From Candidatus Iainarchaeum sp. (GTDB lineage Archaea; B1Sed10-29; WALL01): DNA of 64,000 bases. The position numbers were made by a program, and so were the translations under genes. This document shows, in pieces, positions 28,389 to 38,066 of the stretch. Position 1 is the first letter of the stretch. Each line of letters starts with the position of its first letter. Location of the stretch: positions 1 through 64,000 of the forward strand of contig JAGMCR010000002.1 in assembly GCA_023129115.1 (NCBI GenBank), written 5' to 3'. The notes under the pieces are model-generated. The model searched no databases. It was not told where the DNA came from and saw only the letters and a program-made list of their open reading frames with translations.

Positions 28389-29429
28389 CTACTTAAACTT
28401 CTTGGCTCCACCCATTGCCCTCACGTGCTCTTTGGCTTTTTTGTCCTTGCCCTTCAGCTGCCGTTCAATCGCTTCTGGCTTGAACCCGGGCTCGTGCTCG
28501 TGCCCCAGCTTCTTCATCTCCCAGAGCATATCCCGCTTCTTTTTGTCTCCCCAGTACTTCTGCTTCTCCCAAATCTCTGCCAGCTTGTCCTCCGGGAAGT
28601 AGCCAGTGTCGTGCAGCCTCTTGAGCTCGCCGCCGAGGATGCCCGCGGCCTCCCTAATATTTATGCGGTTCTGCTCCAGCTGGCCCAGCTTGAACGCGAC
28701 CGAGCGCCCAAGCAGCTCCCTGTGGTCAATCTTCCTTATGTCCTCCGCCAGCTTGTTCTTCTCGGCAAAGCTGCCGAGTGCCATCATGTCAGCTCCGCTG
28801 AGCCGCTCGTTCCTCAGCCTCCCCTTCATCGCCTCGAGGTTGGCTATAGTGCGCAGGTGCCCAAGCTCCCGCTTGTAAAAATGGACTATGAGCGGCGTGT
28901 TCTCATGCGGCTCGCCAGAAAGCCCGTACTTTTCCAGAACCTTGTTTTCTTCCTTGCGTATGTCCCCGTAGTACTGGTCGATGCCCTTGAACTTGTTCGC
29001 CCAGAACTTCTGTCTCGCGCTCCTGTAAACCGACTTTGGCACGTCCTCGCCCTTGTCAGCCGCCCGCTGCTGCCGCTCCACAAGACTCCAAATCGTTTTC
29101 ATGTGCTCTTCCTTGGGCTCGGCCTTTACCTTCCCCTCCTCAAAGAACTCCGGGTTTTGTGACGTGAAAATCATGCTTGGAAAGCGCGTCCTCCTGTCCT
29201 GGAACTCCATGATTTTGGGGTCCATCGACGGAGTCGCGTCAATAGTTTTTTTCCCGTACCTCCTAATCAGCCGCTGCTTCCTCTCCCAGTACATCCTGCC
29301 CTCCTTCGTGCGGTCGTTTGGAGTGGCCCCCATAATATGGTGCATCTCGCGCCCCACCTTCAGGGTTATCTCCGCGTTCGCGGCCTCCATGTAGCGCATC
29401 GGCACCATCGCCCGGGCCTTTTCCATCAT
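28389..29429 (-). CDS. Hypothetical charged helical protein
   Basis: 346 aa with host-like codon usage; TGATG-coupled to the upstream ORF. Confidence 0.7.
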   Translation of the reverse strand: MMEKARAMVPMRYMEAANAEITLKVGREMHHIMGATPNDRTKEGRMYWERKQRLIRRYGKKTIDATPSMDPKIMEFQDRRTRFPSMIFTSQNPEFFEEGKVKAEPKEEHMKTIWSLVERQQRAADKGEDVPKSVYRSARQKFWANKFKGIDQYYGDIRKEENKVLEKYGLSGEPHENTPLIVHFYKRELGHLRTIANLEAMKGRLRNERLSGADMMALGSFAEKNKLAEDIRKIDHRELLGRSVAFKLGQLEQNRINIREAAGILGGELKRLHDTGYFPEDKLAEIWEKQKYWGDKKKRDMLWEMKKLGHEHEPGFKPEAIERQLKGKDKKAKEHVRAMGGAKKFK

Positions 29430-29818
29430 CAGTCGTCGCCCCCCATCGCCACGTTCTGGAGCGCGTGCGAGTACTCGTGCACGAGGATTGCGCCCATTCT
29501 CTCGTTAATTGTGCCGTCGCTGTGGAACAAATTCTCTGGCACCTTGATGAACTCGCCGACCTGCCTCCCGCCGCGCGTCAGGCGCTCGTGCACGCCCATG
29601 GTCTTATACTTTCCCGACCGCGACAATTCACTTCCCGGCTCAACAATCAGCGGAATCTTCCCCTCGGCAGTCCGCTTCTTCAATTTCTTGACATACCCCG
29701 GGTCCGGCCACGGGTGCTTCGTGTCCTTGTGCTTCTCCGCCAATACGTCCATGGCCTCGCCAATCAATGCCACAAACGCCTGCAGGTTCTTTTCCCTGTC
29801 GTTTCCCATACGCATCAC
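29429..29818 (-). CDS. Small zincin-like (HExxH) protein
   Basis: AILVHEYSHALQ near the C-terminus. Confidence 0.6.
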   Translation of the reverse strand: MMRMGNDREKNLQAFVALIGEAMDVLAEKHKDTKHPWPDPGYVKKLKKRTAEGKIPLIVEPGSELSRSGKYKTMGVHERLTRGGRQVGEFIKVPENLFHSDGTINERMGAILVHEYSHALQNVAMGGDD

Positions 29819-29825
29819 CTTATGA

Positions 29826-30827
29826 CTACAATGCCTTAAATCCCTTACTGGTCAAAACCCCGGTGTACTCAATCCGCGCCCCTTGGCCCGGGCCGACCAG
29901 CCCCGGCTCAAGCGTGAACACCATCCCCTCCTCCAGCACGTCATCGCTCTCCGGCCCAAGGCTCGGCGACTCGTGGATCGCAAGCCCAACGCCGTGGCCC
30001 AAGCCATAGGGCCAATACTTCGCATAATTCCCGAAGCCCTTCTTCACAAGTTCGTACAACTCCTTGGCCTTCATGCCCGGCTGCGCCTCGCGCAGCGCCA
30101 GCCTGCTCGCCCCGAACACCGCCAGCAGCATCTTTTCCGTCCTCTTGTCCGGCGACCCGCACCGCGTGACCGTGATGTCACTGCAGTATCCACCCACAAT
30201 GCACCCAGTGTCGATAATCACAGTGTCTTTTTTCCCAATCCGCTTCGCAGTGGGCCGCGTGTGAATCAGTGTCGTGCTCTTCCCCGCCGCGACAATCGGG
30301 TCAAACGCAAGCGCCAGGCCGCGCTTTGCGTAGCCCGAGACCAGCTCGGCGTAAACTGCTTTTTCCGTCCTGCCCAGCAACGGCAGCTTTTTCAATACCC
30401 CCCTTGTTTCTGCGCACGCCATCGAAATATTCTTTATTTCCCCCCTCTCCTTGACCGCCCGCACCTTCTTCAGTTCCTTGCTTATGTCCACCAGGCGCGC
30501 GCCGCTCTTCTTCCTTATCCTCTTCGCCGCGCTCGCCGGCAAATAATCCATGTTCACGCCGATTTTCTTGGCCCTCCTCTTCTTGAGCTCGCGGTAAACT
30601 GTGTCCTCGCCCTTCTTCGGCACGAGCCGCGCCCGCCTCTTCTGTTTAGTGTCCCGCGTTATCAGTATCGGCTCCCGCCCGACCTTCCACAGCACCGTGC
30701 CGCCCGCCTGCCTCGCGTCCATCCCCGAGTAGTACTGCAGGTTCATGTCCGGCGCGTCGCCGCTGCTCGGGATGAGCACAGCGTCACACTTTTTTTCGGC
30801 GAGCGTGTCGAGCTTCCACGTCCTCAT
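29826..30827 (-). CDS. Xaa-Pro peptidase (M24B)
   Basis: IDTGC..GYCSDIT, GLGHGVGLAIHE and GMVFTLEPG motifs. Confidence 0.92.
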   Translation of the reverse strand: MRTWKLDTLAEKKCDAVLIPSSGDAPDMNLQYYSGMDARQAGGTVLWKVGREPILITRDTKQKRRARLVPKKGEDTVYRELKKRRAKKIGVNMDYLPASAAKRIRKKSGARLVDISKELKKVRAVKERGEIKNISMACAETRGVLKKLPLLGRTEKAVYAELVSGYAKRGLALAFDPIVAAGKSTTLIHTRPTAKRIGKKDTVIIDTGCIVGGYCSDITVTRCGSPDKRTEKMLLAVFGASRLALREAQPGMKAKELYELVKKGFGNYAKYWPYGLGHGVGLAIHESPSLGPESDDVLEEGMVFTLEPGLVGPGQGARIEYTGVLTSKGFKAL

Positions 30828-31726
30828 AACAGCTTCCCCTTGTCCATTATTTTCTTGTTGTCGAACCAAATCGTGGGCTTCCGGATTATGAAGTCCCAAT
30901 GAATTTCCGCGCCCACCGAGCCGCCCAGGCTCTTCGAGTCGCCGACCGCGATGTGGCACGTGCCCAATACTTTTTCGGCCTCGAGGGTGTTGTCCGTCGA
31001 CTTTGCGCCGGGATTCGTCCCAATCCCCAATTCCGCGATGTTCCGCGCGTTCCTGACCTTCCACAAGTGCCGCTTGAGGCGGGAGTTGCTGACGCCCACA
31101 ACTTTCCTGCCCTTCACCACAATCTTCACTTGCTTCTTCGTCAAGTGCAGGTCCTTCGCCGTGAAAAACCCGTCCGCGCCTCTGGGCGCCACCGCGGCCT
31201 CGCCGCTCGGAAGATTATGGATGCTCTTGCGGGGGAAGTCGCCGCCGTCGTCCGCGCGCCTGCACCCCCGCACGTCAATCACAATGTCCGTCCCACTCGC
31301 CACGATGCGGACCTTCTTCGCCTTGTGCAGCCCGTCCCCCACGCGCTTCGTGAGCCGCCGCACTTTTTTGTAGTCCACTCCAACGCCGCGCAAGAAAACA
31401 GCCCTCGTTATCCCCGGCAGAGTAATCACGGTCGCCCCGCTTTTCTTCGCGGCGCGGGACGCATTTGTGTGCGTCAATGAGTACTTGGTGGGGCAATAGA
31501 CAATGTCCACCTTCTTCATCGCCGCAGCCACTGCCTTCGGCGGCTCGCGGCCGTGCCCGCCCGTCTGCTTAATCACGATGATTTCCGCGCTGCACTTTTG
31601 TTTTGCAGCCTCGTAAATCGCTTTCCCGATTGCCAGGCTTGCCCTGTCAGTGACTACGAGGAGCCGCTCTTTTTTCTTTGGCTTTGCGAGCGCTACCGCG
31701 TTCCGCGCGGCGTCCATCAATTTCAT
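30824..31726 (-). CDS. Aminopeptidase (M29-like)
   Basis: NLPSGE, AELGIGTNP, EAEKVLGTCHIAVG and IHWD motifs. Confidence 0.9.
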   Translation of the reverse strand: MKLMDAARNAVALAKPKKKERLLVVTDRASLAIGKAIYEAAKQKCSAEIIVIKQTGGHGREPPKAVAAAMKKVDIVYCPTKYSLTHTNASRAAKKSGATVITLPGITRAVFLRGVGVDYKKVRRLTKRVGDGLHKAKKVRIVASGTDIVIDVRGCRRADDGGDFPRKSIHNLPSGEAAVAPRGADGFFTAKDLHLTKKQVKIVVKGRKVVGVSNSRLKRHLWKVRNARNIAELGIGTNPGAKSTDNTLEAEKVLGTCHIAVGDSKSLGGSVGAEIHWDFIIRKPTIWFDNKKIMDKGKLL

Positions 31727-31941
31727 TTGCGTACATCTCCTGGCTTCACTGTCGTGGGCTTCGCGGAGTCGGGGATTGTGAGCTCGCCGCCCCCGCCCAT
31801 TGGCTTGGCGCCCTTGCAGTTGCTGCAGAGCCCGTCCTGTGGGGAGAAGTGGTCCATACACACTTTCTTGCCGCACTTCCAGCAGACGCGGACTTCGCCG
31901 GTGTTGCCGCAGATGTCGCACTTTCCTGTTGGCATAGCCAA
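31723..31941 (-). CDS. Small Zn-finger protein
   Basis: CDIC, CWKCGKKVCMDH and CSNC motifs. Confidence 0.75.
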   Translation of the reverse strand: MAMPTGKCDICGNTGEVRVCWKCGKKVCMDHFSPQDGLCSNCKGAKPMGGGGELTIPDSAKPTTVKPGDVRK

Positions 31942-31970
31942 GCACTAATCGCGTGGGGAATAAAAGCCTT

Positions 31971-33158
31971 TCAGCCGAACACGAGCGAAAGGAAAAACAG
32001 GATTATGATGATTATGACTATCAGCGAGAGAACGCCGGCGCCGCCTGCCCCGCCTCCGCCTCCACCGCCACCGCCGCCAAGTTTCCTGGCGCCGAGCTGG
32101 CCCTCTGCAATCATTGCCTCGAACCTGCTCGCGCCTTCTGCCTCGCCCTCTCCCGCGGCGGCAAGTAGCCTCTCGCCCTCGCCCGGCTCGGCAAGGCCTT
32201 CGCCTTCTCCCGCGGCGGCGAGGAGGCCCTCGCCCTCTTCTGGCTGTTCTTCCTCTTCCGCTGGAGTTGGCTCTTCTTCTTCGGGCCTTCTGCGTGGCCT
32301 CTCCGGCTCTTCTTCCGCCCGCTCTCCCGGCCGCCTCCGTGGCGGGCGCGTTGGCTCTTCTTCTCCCGGCCTTCTGCGCCTTCTTGGTGGCCTCTCCTCT
32401 GCTTCTTCTTCTGGCGGCCTTCTCCTCCCCCATTCTTCGTGCCTGTTCCCGGCATCAGTTATGAGTGTCTCCAGCTCCGAGAGTATTCTCTCGCCGTCCC
32501 GCGTGTGGGCTATCATGTACCTTGCGCCGACTTCTTCGTTGAGTGGGCGCGAAAGAGTTACCCCGGTAGGTGTCAGGCCCGCGTCAATAAAGTCCTTCCT
32601 CGTCTTTGCCCACGTCTTAATGTCCCACTTTTTCCGCGTCTCCATAATATTCCGCGTTTCGGTGAATGAGAGGGCCCGGCTGAAGTGGTCTTTCTGTAAA
32701 TCCTGGAGCCTCTCCAGCATGGAGTTGGCTTCCCCGTGGTCTTCGGTCGTGCTCGCGCGGTGGATGAGCCTCTCGACTGCGTTTTCGGCCTCCTGGAACT
32801 TGGCCCCGCTCTGGTTATAGTAGTCCTCCTCCAGCACAACGCGGCCCCTGCGCCTTCTCCCCTGGTGGCCATGCCGCCCCTCGACCACCTTGATGTATGT
32901 TGGCCTTAGGGACTCAATGCCCCTGTCGACGCGGACCTTCTGGGACGCCATCGCCTTCTGGTAGCCCTTGACAGCGGCCTTCCTCTGTTTTCTCGTGTAG
33001 CCCAGCGCCTTCATGAGGCTTTTCCGGTCCTTCCACTTGGGCTTGTAGGTCTTCTTGATGCCCTTTGCCTCAATCTTTTTCTGCTTTTTGTACCTTACTT
33101 CCTGAAGCTCGTAAATTGTCTTCACTTTCTTCTTGAAGAGCTCCCGAATCCTTGGCAT
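31971..33158 (-). CDS. Hypothetical tail-anchored protein with R/E/P low-complexity repeats
   Basis: Basic N-terminus MPRI..., RPPRRRRPGEEE and LLAAAGEGE repeats, poly-Gly, C-terminal TM helix. Confidence 0.7.
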   Translation of the reverse strand: MPRIRELFKKKVKTIYELQEVRYKKQKKIEAKGIKKTYKPKWKDRKSLMKALGYTRKQRKAAVKGYQKAMASQKVRVDRGIESLRPTYIKVVEGRHGHQGRRRRGRVVLEEDYYNQSGAKFQEAENAVERLIHRASTTEDHGEANSMLERLQDLQKDHFSRALSFTETRNIMETRKKWDIKTWAKTRKDFIDAGLTPTGVTLSRPLNEEVGARYMIAHTRDGERILSELETLITDAGNRHEEWGRRRPPEEEAEERPPRRRRRPGEEEPTRPPRRRPGERAEEEPERPRRRPEEEEPTPAEEEEQPEEGEGLLAAAGEGEGLAEPGEGERLLAAAGEGEAEGASRFEAMIAEGQLGARKLGGGGGGGGGGAGGAGVLSLIVIIIIILFFLSLVFG

Positions 33159-33255
33159 TCAAACACTGCCGGCAACCCGTTGTTGCAATTATGTTTTTTG
33201 GTGTTTTTAAGTATTCATTGCGGTGGCTGGCGCATTGCACTCATTCATCTCAATC

Positions 33256-34950
33256 TCACGGGCGGTTAATCACCGTGTTCAGGAGGTCGTACATGCCCTG
33301 GAGCGCCGTCTGGTTCCCGTCCAGCGCGTCCCTCTTGAGGTCCGCGTACTGGCCCCTCTCGGCAGTGTCCATGGTATAGCTGGCGCTTATTTCATCCATC
33401 TTGGCGATGTTCTGGCTCACCCGGTCCAGCCCCCTCGTGAGGTTCCTCGTCAGGTCGCCAATGTTCTTCTTGGCCCCGTCCAGTTCTTTTTGGTGCTTGA
33501 GCTTCTTGTCCTCCACCGTGTTGAGCGTGTCCTTCAGGTCGGCGATTGTGTCCCTGTGCGCGTTCTGCAGCTCCGGGCTCCTCGCCATCATGGCGTCGAG
33601 GTTGCTCACGACCTTCTGGTAGTGCCCGACAGCATCGTTGAGCCCTTCCCTGGAAATGTCCTTGTGGCTGCTGAACGCAGTGAGCTGGTCCATCCCCTCC
33701 TTCAGGGTGGCCAGCGCGGCATCCACGGACATCTCGTACCCCTTCCTGCCAGGAGCGCCCGGCGCAGGCAGCTTTTTCTGTATCTGCCTGATGGCCTTGT
33801 TCGCCTTCACTGCATTGTTGTGCGTCCTGCGGACCTGCCTGGCGGACTCGGCCAGGGTATGCGAGATAAGTGTCGCGGCGCCCCTAATGTTCTCCAGCTC
33901 TGCGGTCATTGCCTCGTTCTGCCTCTGGTTGTGCCTGTAAGTCTTGTGGTACCCAATCCTGCCGCCGGACTGCGACACAGTGTCCAGGAAGTCAATGAGG
34001 TTGTCGGCGCTCCGCTCCACCTTCTGAACGTGGAGGCCGGCGCGCTGGTTCATGGTCGAGCGCATCGTGTGGTAGTTCTGCATGGTCTTGATTATGTCGC
34101 GCCGCATCTCCGGCCCAAGCCGCTTTATGCTGCCGTCCTTTTCCTTGAACAAGCCGTTCAAAAGCTCAAGCGTGCCGCCCCGCTGCGCGGCCTCGTTGAG
34201 CGTGAAGTCCTTGTACTCCTCCAGCGCCTCAACGTGCTCGTCGAGCAGCGACTTCGCGTCGTAAATGTTTTCGTCGATTATCTTGATTTGGTGGCTCAGC
34301 ATCCTCACCCGGTCTGCCAGCTCGAGCCCCCTCTCGCCGGTCTGCGTCGACTTGCGCCCGCGCAAGACCTTTCTCTGCTGCGTGAGGTCCGTCCGCAGGG
34401 CCTTTTGGTCCCGCATGTAATTCTTTACCGACGCCATGTTCCTGACGTTGTTCTGGAACGAGGCGATGTTCGCCAAGTGCTGCGCGATGCCCTGGAAAGC
34501 ACCCGAGTCCATTTTCGCGATGGTCCGCAGCTGAACCTTTGTGCCATTAATGGACTGTGCCGTGTACGGGCTCGGCGCCTCGTCAGTCGCCTTCCTCTCT
34601 GTCATGAACTCAAGCAGCTTGTGGTTCTTCACCAGCTTGGCGACCTTCTGGTCAATCTTTTTCTCTTGCTTCTGGTACTCCGCTTTGTTCACGACGTACT
34701 GCCTGTAATTCTTGAGGCCGCCTTTCTTGAAGAAAGAAACGATTCTGAAGCGGTCCGGCTTTTTGACCACGTCCGTGGGGAGCCACTCCCTTGCGCCAGG
34801 CACCAGCACCAATGGCTCTGCCCCCGAAGCCACCATCATTTTATTGGTCATGGTGTGGATGTTTTCCATCTCTGGCAGGAGGCCATGCTTTCTCCTGTGC
34901 CTCTCTGCGCGGCCTTCCAAGCTGAACATTCGTTTTAGGATACGGGGCAT
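33256..34950 (-). CDS. Hypothetical long coiled-coil protein
   Basis: 564 aa with AGGTG RBS, MPRI N-terminus and heptad-rich sequence. Confidence 0.75.
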   Translation of the reverse strand: MPRILKRMFSLEGRAERHRRKHGLLPEMENIHTMTNKMMVASGAEPLVLVPGAREWLPTDVVKKPDRFRIVSFFKKGGLKNYRQYVVNKAEYQKQEKKIDQKVAKLVKNHKLLEFMTERKATDEAPSPYTAQSINGTKVQLRTIAKMDSGAFQGIAQHLANIASFQNNVRNMASVKNYMRDQKALRTDLTQQRKVLRGRKSTQTGERGLELADRVRMLSHQIKIIDENIYDAKSLLDEHVEALEEYKDFTLNEAAQRGGTLELLNGLFKEKDGSIKRLGPEMRRDIIKTMQNYHTMRSTMNQRAGLHVQKVERSADNLIDFLDTVSQSGGRIGYHKTYRHNQRQNEAMTAELENIRGAATLISHTLAESARQVRRTHNNAVKANKAIRQIQKKLPAPGAPGRKGYEMSVDAALATLKEGMDQLTAFSSHKDISREGLNDAVGHYQKVVSNLDAMMARSPELQNAHRDTIADLKDTLNTVEDKKLKHQKELDGAKKNIGDLTRNLTRGLDRVSQNIAKMDEISASYTMDTAERGQYADLKRDALDGNQTALQGMYDLLNTVINRP

Positions 34951-35101
34951 ATCAACACCTTGTAACTACTGTGCAGTGACATTATGTCCGCAATTATTAT
35001 TAAACCTTGCCATACCCATGGACGTATTGGCGATTTAAAAGGGTTTCGGTGCCCTGGCGGGCATAATGCTTAATAAGGCGCCCGTGGGTAACAATGGCTT
35101 G

Positions 35102-36181
35102 ATGAAGAGCAACTTCAAGATATTCAACGTCATGGGCATAGACATTGAGCTCCACATATCGTTCATCCTGTTCGTGCTGCTCTTCCTGATTCTTGACGTG
35201 AGCTTCCTCGTGATTTTATTGGTGCTCTTCGCCTCAATCACGCTCCACGAGCTCTCCCACTCCATAATCGGCAAATTGAACGGCATCAACGTCAAGAAAA
35301 TCGTGCTCCTGCCAATCGGCGGCATGGCCGCGATGGACGAGGTGCAAATCAAGCCGTATTCCGAGTTCAAGATGGCGATTGCAGGCCCCCTGTTCAACTT
35401 TTTATTGTGCACCTTGATTGCGCTGGCCACCCAGCTCTTCGGCCTTCCGTTCCTGCTGGGGTGGGCGGACTGGAACGCGGCGGTGGGCGGCGCCATCACT
35501 GTCCCGCTCGCGACCACCCTGTGGTCGAGCACGTTCTGGCTGAACTGGCTGCTGGGCACTTTCAACCTGTTCGTGCCCGCTATTCCCCTGGACGGCGGCC
35601 GCGTCTTCCGCTCCGCACTGGCGATGGTGACGGACTACGTGAACGCGACCAGAATCGCGACCACGGTCTCGACCGTAATCACTTTTTTCCTGTTCATCTA
35701 CGCCTTGTTCACGTACAACATACTCTTGTTGGTCATCTCTATCTTCGTCTACCTTGGCGCGGTCTCGGAATTAGAATACGCCTTGTCCAACAAATTATTG
35801 GCGCACTTCCCACTGAAGCGCATCGTGCGCGCGAACTATTTAGTCCTGAAGCCAGCCACCAAATTGGACAAGGCGATTGAGGAAATGATTAAGTCGCGGT
35901 CGCTGGTGGTGTTCACCACAATCGGCAAGCACATGGAACTGGTGAGCCTCTACGACATCCGGCACGTCCCGAAGTCGAAGTGGAAGAACACGAGCCTAAA
36001 GGAAATCGCGAACAGGGTGCGCGCCGCGGAAGTCACGGACTCGGTGACCGCAGTAATGCACTCAATGATGCGCAACGGGCTCGAGGCAATGCCCGTAATC
36101 AGCGAAGAAGAACTCGCGGGAGTCGTCTTCCGCGACGACATTAACCGAGTTTTCGAGATACTGAAAGTGAGTAATCCTTGA
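35102..36181 (+). CDS. Site-2 protease (M50) with CBS domains
   Basis: HELSH, AGPLFN and NLFVPAIPLDGGR motifs; C-terminal CBS pair. Confidence 0.93.
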   Translation: MKSNFKIFNVMGIDIELHISFILFVLLFLILDVSFLVILLVLFASITLHELSHSIIGKLNGINVKKIVLLPIGGMAAMDEVQIKPYSEFKMAIAGPLFNFLLCTLIALATQLFGLPFLLGWADWNAAVGGAITVPLATTLWSSTFWLNWLLGTFNLFVPAIPLDGGRVFRSALAMVTDYVNATRIATTVSTVITFFLFIYALFTYNILLLVISIFVYLGAVSELEYALSNKLLAHFPLKRIVRANYLVLKPATKLDKAIEEMIKSRSLVVFTTIGKHMELVSLYDIRHVPKSKWKNTSLKEIANRVRAAEVTDSVTAVMHSMMRNGLEAMPVISEEELAGVVFRDDINRVFEILKVSNP

Positions 36182-36228
36182 GCAATGAGTCCAAGTGCTT
36201 CTTGATTAATGGCGCGTAGTGCTTTCCC

Positions 36229-36477
36229 TCACTGTCCGTCTTTGTGGTACAAGTCAAGGAAGACTATCGTGTCCTGGCTTTTGAGGCATAGGCAGGACAG
36301 CTTGAAGGGCGCAATGTAAACTTCCCCCGTGTTTTTTCGTGAGAAGCGCATTGGCTTTCCAACACTGGGGTCCCGCACAATCCTGGCGACCTGTTTTTTC
36401 ACCTTTTCTTTCAGGGCGTTGTCCCTTATCTTCTTGGCCCGTTTTTCAAAAACAGAGTCAGACCCAACAGTCACCAT
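36229..36477 (-). CDS. RelE/ParE family toxin (copy 1)
   Basis: KKQVARIVRDP.VGKPM...EVYIAPF.L...LDLYHKD. Confidence 0.8.
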   Translation of the reverse strand: MVTVGSDSVFEKRAKKIRDNALKEKVKKQVARIVRDPSVGKPMRFSRKNTGEVYIAPFKLSCLCLKSQDTIVFLDLYHKDGQ

Positions 36478-36740
36478 TTTTCAAGCTCTTTCAAAAACTC
36501 TTCGCCACTCACTTTTTTGAAGCGGCCTTTTTCGTAGCGCTTGAGCGCTTCTTCCGTGCGCTCGGCGAAGCGCAGGTCTTCTCCTATGTTCTCGCCGAAG
36601 TCGCTAACGCTCTTGAGAATGAACTTGTCCCCGCTCCTGATGACGACGAACTTCTCCCCCTCCCTGAAGCCCGCGCGCATGTCGCTGGGGATAACAATCT
36701 GGCCCTTGGAACTCATCTGGGTAACGCTAATATCAGGCAT
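36471..36740 (-). CDS. AbrB/MazE family antitoxin (copy 1)
   Basis: MSSKGQIVIPSDMR motif. Confidence 0.9.
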   Translation of the reverse strand: MPDISVTQMSSKGQIVIPSDMRAGFREGEKFVVIRSGDKFILKSVSDFGENIGEDLRFAERTEEALKRYEKGRFKKVSGEEFLKELEKW

Positions 36741-36801
36741 GAGGCAAGATATGTCTTACCTCATATACAAAGTTTTCTTTTCCAAAGAAAAACTGGAGCG
36801 C

Positions 36802-37209
36802 TTATTCTTGCTGTGACGGGTCTTTGAGCTGCTCCAGCACGCTCCGGACTTGCGGCAGTCCCTGCAGATTGTGCAACCTGTCCACGAAATCCTGTTTGAG
36901 TATGCCACCGCCCTCACCAATTAATGTTACCAAGTAATTCAAACAGTACTTAGAACTAGTCTTCAAGAGCTTGTACACTTTATCCTTGTTTTCTGTATAG
37001 TCCTGATCGCCCAGATAGTTTTCCTCGTAATGCTTGCTGCTTGCAGTGGAGATCTCATCCATCAAGTCGCATAGCTCCTGCGCTTCTTTAAGGTCGATAT
37101 GCGTCCTGATTTCCTTGCTGTGGATGTAAACCGGCTTCGTGAATTTCGCGAAATTAGTAATGTCTTTCCTCAGCTGCTCTTCGTTGCCATGTCTTATTTT
37201 GAGACCCAT
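36802..37209 (-). CDS. Hypothetical protein in a single-gene cassette
   Basis: 135-aa ORF lying between two GAGCGCT sites. Confidence 0.65.
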   Translation of the reverse strand: MGLKIRHGNEEQLRKDITNFAKFTKPVYIHSKEIRTHIDLKEAQELCDLMDEISTASSKHYEENYLGDQDYTENKDKVYKLLKTSSKYCLNYLVTLIGEGGGILKQDFVDRLHNLQGLPQVRSVLEQLKDPSQQE

Positions 37210-37436
37210 ACATGGCTTTAGGGGCTGTGAGAATAAACAAGGATTGGAGCGCTAGGGGCAAACCAGTATACGGAGTTGACTTTTCGACTTTGAAGTCGAT
37301 TTACCAGCCTATTTCATAAGGGGGCAAGGCAGGGGCGGGTAGCACCAAACAGGCCCATGATTGGTTTTTCGGCCAATTGATTGGTTTTTGGCGTTATAGG
37401 CAACCTTTATATATTATACATGTTATGTATAATGCC

Positions 37437-38066
37437 ATGATTAAGCTGACCGAGAAGAGGCAGGGCATAGTACTGTGGATTCTGGAGAACAGGGGCAAGC
37501 AGTGGTCTATCCACGAGCTTTGCACGAAGTTTGGCGGCCTGACGTACCCGAGCACTTATGACTTTGTCAACCAGCTTTTGGGGGCAGGGTATTTGATGAA
37601 GACCGAGGCCCGGGAGTTCACGGCAATGAATGCCCACGCACTGGTGCAGCAGCTGGCATACACGTTTCCATTAAAGGCCAAGGAGAAAAAGTGCTTCTTT
37701 GTGGTGGGGGGCATGGCAGACAAGATAAAGGTGCTCAAGAGCATCAAATTGGATTATTCGCTTACTGCGTTTGCTGCTGGCGAAGTGCTCCACCCCTATG
37801 TAAAGACAGAAAAAGTCCACGCCTATGCCCGAAAAAAAGACATTGGAAAATGGGGGGAGGAACTGGCCAGGAAAGGGGCCAGGCCTGCTTTTGAGGACGA
37901 GGCGAACCTGTTCCTGCTTCCAGTCCAAGAAGATTACTACTTCAACTTGTCCAGGAACATTCACGGCTTCAGGATAGCGCCGCTGGGCCTCGTTCTGGCT
38001 GACCTGGTTTCGATTGGGGGCCTTGGGGAAGAGCAGGCAAAGATGATTGAAGGGGCAGTGGAATGA
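37437..38066 (+). CDS. AbiEi-like type IV antitoxin/regulator (wHTH)
   Basis: N-terminal wHTH; YSLTAFAAG, VHAY and C-terminal LADL...GEEQA; ATGA-coupled to the NTase gene. Confidence 0.72.
   Translation: MIKLTEKRQGIVLWILENRGKQWSIHELCTKFGGLTYPSTYDFVNQLLGAGYLMKTEAREFTAMNAHALVQQLAYTFPLKAKEKKCFFVVGGMADKIKVLKSIKLDYSLTAFAAGEVLHPYVKTEKVHAYARKKDIGKWGEELARKGARPAFEDEANLFLLPVQEDYYFNLSRNIHGFRIAPLGLVLADLVSIGGLGEEQAKMIEGAVE

Larger units (their letters stand above)
36223..36789. repeat. 567-bp duplicated TA cassette, copy 1 (copy 2 at 38798-39364)
   Basis: About 15 substitutions counted by eye (about 97% identity); offset 2575 bp. Confidence 0.95.

Noticed and set aside
33223-34938. 571-aa plus-strand ORF
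   Set aside because: It is the antisense shadow of the 564-aa minus-strand gene, which has an RBS and the host-like codon pattern.
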